This document shows, in pieces, positions 37,263-46,233 of a stretch of DNA of 64,000 bases. The number at the start of each line of letters is the position of its first letter. Position 1 is the stretch's first letter. A program made the position numbers and the translations under genes. The notes under the pieces are model-generated. The model was not told the DNA's origin, did no database searches, and saw only the letters and a program-made list of their open reading frames with translations. This stretch comes from Candidatus Poribacteria bacterium (GTDB lineage: Bacteria > Poribacteria > WGA-4E > WGA-3G), in the NCBI GenBank assembly GCA_965205015.1, contig OZ242029.1, positions 704,001 through 768,000 of the forward strand, written 5' to 3'.

Positions 37263-39596
37263 CTATTGATTCTCGGTTTTGTCCTTGAGGGCTTCCACCA
37301 CGAGTTGTTCTAACTTCACCCCTCTGGCTTTACGTGAGATTAATGTGCCGTCCCTGGCAATGAGCCACGGTGCTGGGATGGAACGAATATGATGCCGTTG
37401 CGCAAGTGGACTTCTCCATTTTTGTCCGCTGAAGATTTGCCGCCACCGGATGTTATTCTTTTTTAGGTAGTTGCGCAGCCTCACCTCATCAGTGTCAAGA
37501 CTGACACCGATGATATCGAAACCCTGATCCTTATAGGTATTGTAAACCCTTTTCACATTCGGCATTTCGGTTATACAGGGACCACACCAGACTGCCCAGA
37601 AATCGAGTAGCACCACTTTTCCGCGATATTGTTGAAGCGAGATCGGTCTGCCATCAAGGTCAGTTTCTGAAAAATCAGGCACAATTTTTCCGACAAGTTC
37701 CGACATCGGATCCGCCTTTTTCCGATATTTCGCGGCGAGCTCGGAATTACCGAGCACTTCATGAATTCGCGCAAGTTCTTCCAGAACGCGGGAGTCTTTC
37801 GGATACCGTTTCTCAAGATTCTCAAAGACTTTAAGCGCTTCTTCATATTGATTCGCCATTTCAAGCATCCTGCTGAGCATAAAATGTGCCTGAAGGTCGT
37901 CAGGTTTTATAACCGATCTGAAACGGTTAATAAGGTGCTCGGCAGCTTTTTCGCGTCCGACTTCAATGTAGAGACGGGCAAGTGTCATATAGAAATGAAA
38001 GAACTGTTCATTATCGGCTTGTCGCTGCAGTCCTTTTTCCAACGCTGCAATGGTTTCCTCAACGGTTTCATACATCTCTTCTGGTCTATATACACCGGAT
38101 GACCAATATATCTTAAAAGCGAAACTCAAGTTTAGACACTCAAACGCTTGATTCTTATGATGCCGGCAACGGACAAGCGGTAAAACGTCCCCATACATAA
38201 GGCGTTCCTCAGTTTTTGCTACTCGATACGCAGGGTGAAATTGGTAGCCGTAACTCACAGGCATCTTCGGGTCTCTATTAGAAGCAAAAACTGTCCTGCC
38301 GTTCAGTCCATCTGCAGGACAAAGCAAGAGATTCGCATTTGGTAAGTAGTGGGGATAAAGGTCTGAGAGCCATTGCGGAAAATCACCGTGTTCCTTCCGG
38401 TAGGCTTGGAGTGCCTTGCCAATGTCGCGCAGATGCTGTTTGCAGATTTCAACGTTCTCGTCCATCTGTTCCGCCTTCGTCGTTCGGTCAGAAGGCTCCT
38501 CGCTTGATGTTGATTGGGATTTGGAGGCTGCCTGAATTTGTTGGGACAGTGCGTCCTTTGGATCAACCGCCTGTGCCAAACGCATCGCGCCCATCGGAAC
38601 AGCAAAGCAGATGAGGACGAGCAGTCCTATTCCCATGGCAACTTTTGTCACCGGACGCCGATTCAGATTTTCGGCGAGAACGGTTCGGAGTCGTCTTTCA
38701 ATCCTTGAGGAACGCGCGATTGCCACAGCCGCAAGCGAAGTTGCCTTGGTAATTTTCACATTGCGTGTAATATCAAGCAGATGTTGCGCGTAGTCGGTGG
38801 ATCGACACCCAGCATTTAGGACATGGTCATCGCAGGCTTGCTCTGCTTCTATGCGCATCCAACGCGCCAGCAACCATACAAGTGGATTGAACCAATAGAT
38901 CGCACACGTTACCTGTGCAACCATCTGCATCGTCCAATCCCACCGTTTGATATGTGCCAATTCGTGTAGGAGCACAGTACGGAGCCGCTCGGTTTGCCAA
39001 TGATTTGCATCAACTGGTAGCAAAATCACAGGACGTAAGAAACCCCACACCATCGGGACTGTAATCCTATCGCTGAGCCGGATATTGACGCGTCGATTTG
39101 AATTGGATTGTAACTGTTCGACAGCACGGCTAAAATTGCGACTCCGAGCAGAGATATGCCAAATGGCACCGATGCCGACAATCAAACGGATAAACAGAAA
39201 CAGTCCAGCACCTGTCCAGACGATTGCTATCCAGTCTGTCCAATGTCGTGTCGTAAAGGGGGCACTCTGATCGGGCACAAGGTCGGGTTGCGGCGGTGTC
39301 GATGCGATTGGTATGGACGACACCGACTTTGTTGACAATTGGATCGGTGCACTTGAAACGGGTACTTCAGGTAGGATACCGAGTTCCCACTTCGGAAGCA
39401 CAAGAGAAAGCAGCGGGATAGTGAGGCATCCGACGATTGCCATACTCCAGGCGAAACCGCGCACCGCCGCCGACTTGCGACGGAGGCAGAACGCGAATAC
39501 ACCCGCAACGGCGAAAATCACGAAACTTTTCATCGTGGTGTCAACGAGAAATTTCAGCAATGGGTCTGCGTAGAGCGTCTCAATAAATCGCATCAT
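37263..39596 (-). CDS. BlaR1/M56 peptidase fused to Cys-rich domain, TPR and TlpA redoxin
   Basis: PMVWG..RPVILLP, HELAH, WFNPLVW, EQACDD; C-terminal FWAVWCGPC. Confidence 0.9.
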   Translation of the reverse strand: MMRFIETLYADPLLKFLVDTTMKSFVIFAVAGVFAFCLRRKSAAVRGFAWSMAIVGCLTIPLLSLVLPKWELGILPEVPVSSAPIQLSTKSVSSIPIASTPPQPDLVPDQSAPFTTRHWTDWIAIVWTGAGLFLFIRLIVGIGAIWHISARSRNFSRAVEQLQSNSNRRVNIRLSDRITVPMVWGFLRPVILLPVDANHWQTERLRTVLLHELAHIKRWDWTMQMVAQVTCAIYWFNPLVWLLARWMRIEAEQACDDHVLNAGCRSTDYAQHLLDITRNVKITKATSLAAVAIARSSRIERRLRTVLAENLNRRPVTKVAMGIGLLVLICFAVPMGAMRLAQAVDPKDALSQQIQAASKSQSTSSEEPSDRTTKAEQMDENVEICKQHLRDIGKALQAYRKEHGDFPQWLSDLYPHYLPNANLLLCPADGLNGRTVFASNRDPKMPVSYGYQFHPAYRVAKTEERLMYGDVLPLVRCRHHKNQAFECLNLSFAFKIYWSSGVYRPEEMYETVEETIAALEKGLQRQADNEQFFHFYMTLARLYIEVGREKAAEHLINRFRSVIKPDDLQAHFMLSRMLEMANQYEEALKVFENLEKRYPKDSRVLEELARIHEVLGNSELAAKYRKKADPMSELVGKIVPDFSETDLDGRPISLQQYRGKVVLLDFWAVWCGPCITEMPNVKRVYNTYKDQGFDIIGVSLDTDEVRLRNYLKKNNIRWRQIFSGQKWRSPLAQRHHIRSIPAPWLIARDGTLISRKARGVKLEQLVVEALKDKTENQ

Positions 39597-39982
39597 GATG
39601 AAGTGTCTCCCTTTTTCGCTTGCTCAATGAGTTGGCTTAAACGGTCAAGTTCCTCATCCGAGAGATCCACCTCGGAGACCAGTGCAATGACCGTTTTCTC
39701 AATAGACTTATCAAAAAACGTCTGAAAAATCTGTTTGAGTGCGGAACGTCCCGCCAGATGCCGTGGTTGCGTCGGGCGGTAGATGTAGCGTCTGCCATCT
39801 TTTTCATGGGTGAGATACCCCTTCTCCTCCAAGATTCCCAACAGTGCCCGAACTGTAGAGTAAGTTGGCGGATCCGGGAGGTCCTCAAGGACATCGACAA
39901 CAGAAGCGCAACCGCGCTGATAGACGATATCCATGATTTGTCGTTCCCTCCGACTCAGTTTGAGGGTACCGTAGTCTTCCAC
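39593..39982 (-). CDS. BlaI/MecI/CopY family transcriptional repressor
   Basis: LSRRERQIMDIVY, PTYSTVRALLGILEEKG, RRYIY; overlaps blaR-like start. Confidence 0.92.
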   Translation of the reverse strand: MEDYGTLKLSRRERQIMDIVYQRGCASVVDVLEDLPDPPTYSTVRALLGILEEKGYLTHEKDGRRYIYRPTQPRHLAGRSALKQIFQTFFDKSIEKTVIALVSEVDLSDEELDRLSQLIEQAKKGDTSS

Positions 39983-40012
39983 TTTTTCACCTCTTTTGGT
40001 AATATGAATTCA

Positions 40013-41401
40013 TCAGATTTCAATACGCACAAACGCGAGATACGCACCCGCCAACACAACGACAACAAACAATGTTAACAGCAGTAACTCTGTTGTAACG
40101 GTATTGAAATCCTTACCGATGTTGAGTGTGTCTTCAAATTTGGGAACCGCTTCTGGGCTGACAGGCTTTTTGGACATCCCCTCGCGAACGCCCATGATAT
40201 GGGGGCTCTCCGGATCGCCTCTCTCCATATCAACGACGAATTCTCGGTATTCACGGGCGTAACGCTGAACATTCTCAGTAAATTGCTGGTGCCGATCCAG
40301 ACCTGTTCCAGCGAACGCCTCAAGCAGATGCTGGAGGAGTGCCGCGGGTGAGACGCTGGTTATGGCACGCGCACGTTGAACTTGGGTAATCTTAAAGGTT
40401 AAGTACTCCCCAGCCAAGCGTTCGCCGCTTACTGCTATTTTGGTGTGCCACTCACCTCTTATCCTTAGCATTTTTTCGTCATCTGACTGATACCAAGCGT
40501 GTCGCCAAGTTTTCTTAAGTCTCCTGTAACTTTGGCCGTATCGGTCTGTATATTCATGAGATGCCATAGATGATGAAAAGCCGCTCGCAAGTGCGGCGAG
40601 TGTGCTCGGCATAAAAGCGACAAAAGTGACCCACGTCAACAGAAGTATCACAAGACTCACGGCACTCCGTTGCACACGCGCTGAGACTAACAGCCCTAAC
40701 GCCAGAAACAGACACGTGTACAAAAGTGCGATAAAGAGAATGATGCCTAAGCGTCCCCACGCTTCAGTATTCAGGTGAACCTCACTTGCGGAGGAAATCA
40801 TTAGGAGGTTCACTAACATAGCCAGCAGAAAAGGAATAGTCGTACTGATCAACGCCCCCAGAAACTTACCGATCAGCACAGTATGTCGTGGGATAGCATT
40901 TGCCAACATCAATCGGAGCGTGCCGTGCTCGCGTTCGCTGGAGATAGCATCAAACGTAAATAAGAGCGCAATGAGACTCAAGATATAACCGATGATAAAG
41001 GTCCAATCGATTTGGGAAACGTCGGGTCCAACATTTTTCATATTTATGTTGGCATCTGGATAGCTCAGTTTCCAGAAAATGTCGCTACCATAAGGGGTGT
41101 CAACCCTATCGGGTAAAAGGGTCTCTCCACCCGCTGCGCAGAAATGGAGCGGCGACGGTTTTTTGTAAAGCACTCCGGGTCCCTCGTGTGCCAATGTATA
41201 GAGACTGTCGTCGGCGCGAGACGTTAATTGGTTCATGGATTCAGTGACAGCGTCGTGATACTTCTGGACCCGTTTCGGATGCTCTCGGATATGTCTAACG
41301 GCGTTGGTTACCATCAGTGCCAGCAGCAACACGGTCGTCAACGCAAATCGGAGGCTATTCAAATTATTATAGAGTTCACGTTTCGTAATATGCCACATCA
41401 T
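40013..41401 (-). CDS. ABC-2 type permease (type B)
   Basis: FDAISSEREHGTLRLML, GKFLG, multiple TM segments. Confidence 0.85.
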   Translation of the reverse strand: MMWHITKRELYNNLNSLRFALTTVLLLALMVTNAVRHIREHPKRVQKYHDAVTESMNQLTSRADDSLYTLAHEGPGVLYKKPSPLHFCAAGGETLLPDRVDTPYGSDIFWKLSYPDANINMKNVGPDVSQIDWTFIIGYILSLIALLFTFDAISSEREHGTLRLMLANAIPRHTVLIGKFLGALISTTIPFLLAMLVNLLMISSASEVHLNTEAWGRLGIILFIALLYTCLFLALGLLVSARVQRSAVSLVILLLTWVTFVAFMPSTLAALASGFSSSMASHEYTDRYGQSYRRLKKTWRHAWYQSDDEKMLRIRGEWHTKIAVSGERLAGEYLTFKITQVQRARAITSVSPAALLQHLLEAFAGTGLDRHQQFTENVQRYAREYREFVVDMERGDPESPHIMGVREGMSKKPVSPEAVPKFEDTLNIGKDFNTVTTELLLLTLFVVVVLAGAYLAFVRIEI

Positions 41402-41403
41402 AT

Positions 41404-42915
41404 CTACACTTCACTTTTGATAAAAACCAGAAAGATCACTATAAAGAGAAGGACATTCATCATAAGCAGCAGGAACAAGTCTGGCACTGTTCGTTTTGCA
41501 TTGATGCTGATATCGCTTCTCTGAAATGAGAACTGCGGGAGCGTGTCCCAATCGACGGCACCTTGATCGGAAGAAAACCACTGTCGGGACGCAAATATCT
41601 TTTCATCATAAAAGTAATTGACGATCGCTTGTCGGTAGCGTTGCGCCGCTGTGAAAAAATCCTGGGTGCCATTGAGGTCGGTGCCTGCCCACGCTTCGGT
41701 TGCGGCATCATACAAACCCGCCGGTGAGAACTTCAACAACATTCGTCCTCTGTTTGCCGGTTGGACGTAGATCTTCTCGAATGCTGGCTTTCGGATAAAC
41801 GATGTTCGCTCTGCGGTGTTGACAGTCAACATTCCGAGGTAGTGGTGATAATTCTGGGCGTGTGGCACGTAAGGTTCCGATTTCTCGTCAATCGTTTCAA
41901 GGTCGCCCGCAGCATGGTGGATGTAGTAATATAATAATCTTGATGGCTGGTCTCTTATTATCCCATAAAAATCAAATCCCAAATCTTCTCCTGGGAGAGC
42001 ATCGTTGAGGAGAAACTGCTTCCGCTTTCTCTCAAGTTCCTCCCACATCTGTTTAACCTGATGGTAAGCGGCGGCTTCCGTATCCGTTTGTGGGGCAGTA
42101 TCAACTGCAGTGAGAATCATATTCGGGTAGACGAGTACTAAGAACCCCCAAACGAACATCGAGAGGATAAGCGCAGTACTGGTTCGGCGTGTGATTGCAG
42201 AAATGAGCATGCCAGTGAGGTAGAACAGCGATAGATAGACGACGGACGTAAGAACAATCCCACCGATACGCAGAAAATCATCGGTATTCAGGGAGATCAT
42301 AGCGGATGTCGTCAGCAAAATGAGCATCAGGAGCAGACTTATCAACAACGGCACGAGCAAACAGACCATCGCACCGATATATTTGGCGAACAGGATGGAC
42401 CCACGTCCCACGGGATGGGATAGCACTAAGCGGAGGGTGCCGTGTTCGTATTCTCCAGCGATAGCATCGTAGGCGAAAATAAGTGCCAGTAGGCTAAGAA
42501 CCCCTTGAAAAATAAGGACAATATCAATTGAAGTGAGGATGTTGAAAAATGGATTGTTCGCCTCGTACTTGTCGGCATCCCAAATTGTCGGCGTAAAAGT
42601 ATGGGAAATCGCAATTTTGTTCCCCAGTCGCTTATCTAAACCTGTGTTGAAAATGCTCAACGGGTTCGGCGGACGGTCAACGATCATCTTTCCCCACACG
42701 CCTAACATTCCATCTGAATAGGTTTTGTTGATCTCTCGAAGTTCCTGCCGGTGGGTTTTGACGGCGGTATTATAATCCGCCAACCGCAGTTCATAGTCTT
42801 TGATGAGCACAACGGTATTCGCGACCACGAGCAGCAGCATAATCGCAACAGCTGCCGCAAATCGGAACGTCATGAGATTGTCGAGGAGTTCCCGCCGAAT
42901 GAGTGTTAGAAACAT
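41404..42915 (-). CDS. ABC-2 type permease (type A)
   Basis: RPPNPLSIFN.GLD, YDAIAGEYEHGTLRL, multiple TM segments. Confidence 0.85.
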   Translation of the reverse strand: MFLTLIRRELLDNLMTFRFAAAVAIMLLLVVANTVVLIKDYELRLADYNTAVKTHRQELREINKTYSDGMLGVWGKMIVDRPPNPLSIFNTGLDKRLGNKIAISHTFTPTIWDADKYEANNPFFNILTSIDIVLIFQGVLSLLALIFAYDAIAGEYEHGTLRLVLSHPVGRGSILFAKYIGAMVCLLVPLLISLLLMLILLTTSAMISLNTDDFLRIGGIVLTSVVYLSLFYLTGMLISAITRRTSTALILSMFVWGFLVLVYPNMILTAVDTAPQTDTEAAAYHQVKQMWEELERKRKQFLLNDALPGEDLGFDFYGIIRDQPSRLLYYYIHHAAGDLETIDEKSEPYVPHAQNYHHYLGMLTVNTAERTSFIRKPAFEKIYVQPANRGRMLLKFSPAGLYDAATEAWAGTDLNGTQDFFTAAQRYRQAIVNYFYDEKIFASRQWFSSDQGAVDWDTLPQFSFQRSDISINAKRTVPDLFLLLMMNVLLFIVIFLVFIKSEV

Positions 42916-43015
42916 CGCAGTATCACCAAATCCCGTTGTTTATCGTCTGATATGTGTCTGTCTCCCTTTAAGTGTTCACAGGAAACGTGTTGAACGGGCG
43001 TTAAATATAGATAAT

Positions 43016-43076
43016 ATGCTAATATTTTAGCATTTAGAAAAAATGATGTCAAGAAAAAATGCTAAAAATTTAGCAT
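43016..43076 (-). promoter_or_regulatory. Sigma70 promoter with two 18-bp palindromic operators
   Basis: TTGACA (43052-43047), 17-bp spacer, TAAAAT (43029-43024); ATGCTAA-N4-TTAGCAT at 43016-43033 and 43059-43076. Confidence 0.8.
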
Positions 43077-43204
43077 AAATTGATGAAGCACACGATTGAC
43101 CCATCTATAAGTGCCACGGTGAAACTTTCTGCTGATGCATAGGGACCAATACATTCTCTGTCCGTCTCTTGAATTCTCACCTATTGAAACGGCAAAAAGA
43201 CTGT

Positions 43205-44635
43205 CTAAACATCAACACGAAGGAACGAAAGAAACGCACTTGCGAACAATACTGCAAAAAATAGGAGTAATAACAGGATGTCTGTAGTTGCGGCGTTATA
43301 GGCACCGCTGAAACTGATATGATCTTCAAATTTCGGGATTGATTCAAAGCGCACGGGCTTTTGTGAGGTACCCTCTTCGGGACCGATCGCGTGGGGACTC
43401 TCTGGATCCGCACGATCGGTTTCAACGAGAAACGACATGAATGCATCGGCGTATCGGCGCACTTGCTTCAAGAATTGAACGTGCCGTGTGAAACCGGTCC
43501 CGGCAACGGATTCTATCGCATACTGTACACTTGATGCTGGAGATATACGGGTGATGGATCTCGCGAGTCGAATCTGAGCAATTTGAGCGTCTAAGTGCTC
43601 CTCGTTCAATCTCCCGTTGTCTCTTGCATCCTCGGTGAGGTATTTCGACCACAACAGTGTTTCCTCCGTTGCTGGAATCTCTCGCGAGGGTACTTTGCTC
43701 CCAAGTTCGTCGTACTCCTGATAAAAATTATTGGCAAACTGTTGCCGACGGGCGGCGAGTTCGTTACGGGTCATTGTCGGCTGTAAGCCGCTGGTAAGCG
43801 CACCGGTTGTAGAGGGCAGCAGGACGACCCAAACAACCCAAATTAGTAAGAGAATCATGAGACTCGATGACGAATTACTTACGCGAGAGGATATGAGCAG
43901 CCCCAGTCCAAGGAAGATTGACACGTAAACAAAAGCGATGAAGACAATGACGCCCAATCGTCCGCACTCGCTTGGTCCGAGTGGAATACTTCCCGACGTG
44001 TAAAGTAGAAAAAGGTTAATGAATGCGGCAATTAAAAAAGGGATACTGATAGTTATCAATGCTGCAAGAAACTTGCTTACCAATACAGTGCCGCGTGAAA
44101 CGCTATTGGAGAGGGTCAAACGCAGGGTACCTCGTTCGCGGTCCGAAGATATCGCGTCGAAAGTGAATAGGATAGCAATCAAACTCAGCACGATAGAGAC
44201 GATAGCATTCCAATCAACATTTGTATAATCGGGCATAATATTCCATAGGTTTGGATTGGATTGCGGGTATTCCATTCGCCATATCGCACTGATTGAAAAA
44301 CGGCTTGAGCTCATGAGCAGACCTCTGCCAACGCCATCAGCGGATTCGGGTATAAATGTTTCACCACCGTTCGCACAAAAGGAGAGTGGAGACGGTTTTT
44401 TGTAGAGAGTACCGGGTCCTCCCATGAGCAGATAATACAGACTGTCTGCAGTGGATCTCATCTTATCTAAAGACGCTGAGACCTTTTTTTGATATTCTGT
44501 CGATTGCGCCGTGTATTCGCCAAGATACCCGATTGCATTGACGAGCATCAGAGCAATAAGCAATACCGTTGTAAAGGCAAATCGTAGGCTATTCAGATGG
44601 TCATAAAGTTCACGTTTTACAAGGTGCCAAATCAT
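43205..44635 (-). CDS. ABC-2 type permease (type B paralog)
   Basis: MIWHLVKRELYDHLNSLRF, FDAISSDRERGTLRL; paralog of 40013-41401. Confidence 0.85.
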   Translation of the reverse strand: MIWHLVKRELYDHLNSLRFAFTTVLLIALMLVNAIGYLGEYTAQSTEYQKKVSASLDKMRSTADSLYYLLMGGPGTLYKKPSPLSFCANGGETFIPESADGVGRGLLMSSSRFSISAIWRMEYPQSNPNLWNIMPDYTNVDWNAIVSIVLSLIAILFTFDAISSDRERGTLRLTLSNSVSRGTVLVSKFLAALITISIPFLIAAFINLFLLYTSGSIPLGPSECGRLGVIVFIAFVYVSIFLGLGLLISSRVSNSSSSLMILLLIWVVWVVLLPSTTGALTSGLQPTMTRNELAARRQQFANNFYQEYDELGSKVPSREIPATEETLLWSKYLTEDARDNGRLNEEHLDAQIAQIRLARSITRISPASSVQYAIESVAGTGFTRHVQFLKQVRRYADAFMSFLVETDRADPESPHAIGPEEGTSQKPVRFESIPKFEDHISFSGAYNAATTDILLLLLFFAVLFASAFLSFLRVDV

Positions 44636-44721
44636 TTTATTAGTTGTCGGTCGTCGACTATCGGTTGTCAGCAAGAATGGCTGTCGGTTTCTTTGCCGAC
44701 TGCTGATTGCTGACTGCTAAT

Positions 44722-46233
44722 TTACACTTCCTGCCGCACGAATATTAAAAATGCCATCATAAACAGTACAACGTTGATGAGCAGTAAGCAGGCAATATCG
44801 CCGCTGGCGTGCTGCATACCATTCCATATATCGCTCCGACGATAAGAAAACCGTGGTAAATCGCTCCAATCGACTTCTCCTTGATCAGCGGCAAACCATT
44901 TCCGAGAAGAAAAAGCCTTCTTATCATAGAAATAATCAATAATCGTTTGCCGATACCGCTGGACTGTCGTGATAAAATCCTCAATACCGTGGAAATCCGT
45001 TCCTGCCCACGCCTCGGTTGCGAAATCATACATCGCCGCCGGTGAGAAACGCATCAGGTTTTTTGCCACATTTGCTTTGCGAACGTAGATCTGATTTAAA
45101 GCTGCCTGTCGAACCTGCCATGTCCTTTCTGCTGCGCGAATGCGTCGCGGCTCTGCGAATTGAAAGTAAGCTTTGACATGAGGCATCAGGGGTTCTGCCT
45201 CTGGCTTGATACGAATACTGCGAATTTCTGCCTTAGAATACCTGAGCGTCATCGGATCTGAAATATGAGGCGCCCCCCAACTTCCTGAATAAAGTATATT
45301 GGTGTTCAAGTCTTCCCCTTCAATTTCATCGTTCCTTAAGAAATCCATCCGTTCTCTTTCAAAACTTTCCCAGATCTGCTCAATTTCACCATAAGAGGAC
45401 TCCAATTGAGAAGGGGTCTGCCAAAACCGATTGACTGTAAATACGGTGAGGCTTGGATAGATGAGGACCAGGGTGCTCCATATCACCATTGACACCATCA
45501 GGGCAGTCGCGGTTCGGCGTGTGATTGCCGAGATTAACAATCCTATGAGATAAAAAGCGGAGAGATAGATGATTGAGGTAAGTAAAATACCGCCAATCCG
45601 AAGCCAATCATCTCCCGTCAGCAAAATCGACCCAGATACAGAAAATAAGATGAGTGCGAGTAGCAAACTCATGACGACAGGAAGCGTCAGACACGCCAGC
45701 GCACTGATGTACTTTGCCAGGAGAACAACGGAGTGACTGACAGAGTTTGTCAGCGTTAAGCGGAGCGTGCCTGCTTCCCGTTCCCCAGCGATCGCATCGT
45801 GGGCGAAAAGCAGTGCCAGTAGACTGAGAATTACCTGAAAAACCAAAACCAAATCGACGCTCGAAAACAGGTTGAGGAAAGGATTATCCGCACTGTGTGA
45901 TCGGGTATCCCACAGGGTTGGGACAAAGGTATGCCCGATAGTGATAGAGTTGCCGAGCCGTCGATCTAAACCCGCATTGAAAATGCTCAGCGGGTTAGGG
46001 GGTCGGTCTACGCGGATTGCGCCTTCCACCTCCGAATAGGTACTTGTTCTTCTTAAAAACCTCTGATGGTGTTCCTTCACCGCGGTATCATAACTCGTCA
46101 GACGGCGTTCGTAATCGGCAATCAGGACAACGGTATTCGCAACAACCAACGACAGTGTGACGATCATCGCAACGAGGAACCGAAAGGTCATAAGGTTGGC
46201 GAGCAATTCTCGCCGAACGAGAATCAGAAACAT
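44722..46233 (-). CDS. ABC-2 type permease (type A paralog)
   Basis: RPPNPLSIFNAGLD, DAIAGEREAGTLRL; paralog of 41404-42915. Confidence 0.85.
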   Translation of the reverse strand: MFLILVRRELLANLMTFRFLVAMIVTLSLVVANTVVLIADYERRLTSYDTAVKEHHQRFLRRTSTYSEVEGAIRVDRPPNPLSIFNAGLDRRLGNSITIGHTFVPTLWDTRSHSADNPFLNLFSSVDLVLVFQVILSLLALLFAHDAIAGEREAGTLRLTLTNSVSHSVVLLAKYISALACLTLPVVMSLLLALILFSVSGSILLTGDDWLRIGGILLTSIIYLSAFYLIGLLISAITRRTATALMVSMVIWSTLVLIYPSLTVFTVNRFWQTPSQLESSYGEIEQIWESFERERMDFLRNDEIEGEDLNTNILYSGSWGAPHISDPMTLRYSKAEIRSIRIKPEAEPLMPHVKAYFQFAEPRRIRAAERTWQVRQAALNQIYVRKANVAKNLMRFSPAAMYDFATEAWAGTDFHGIEDFITTVQRYRQTIIDYFYDKKAFSSRKWFAADQGEVDWSDLPRFSYRRSDIWNGMQHASGDIACLLLINVVLFMMAFLIFVRQEV

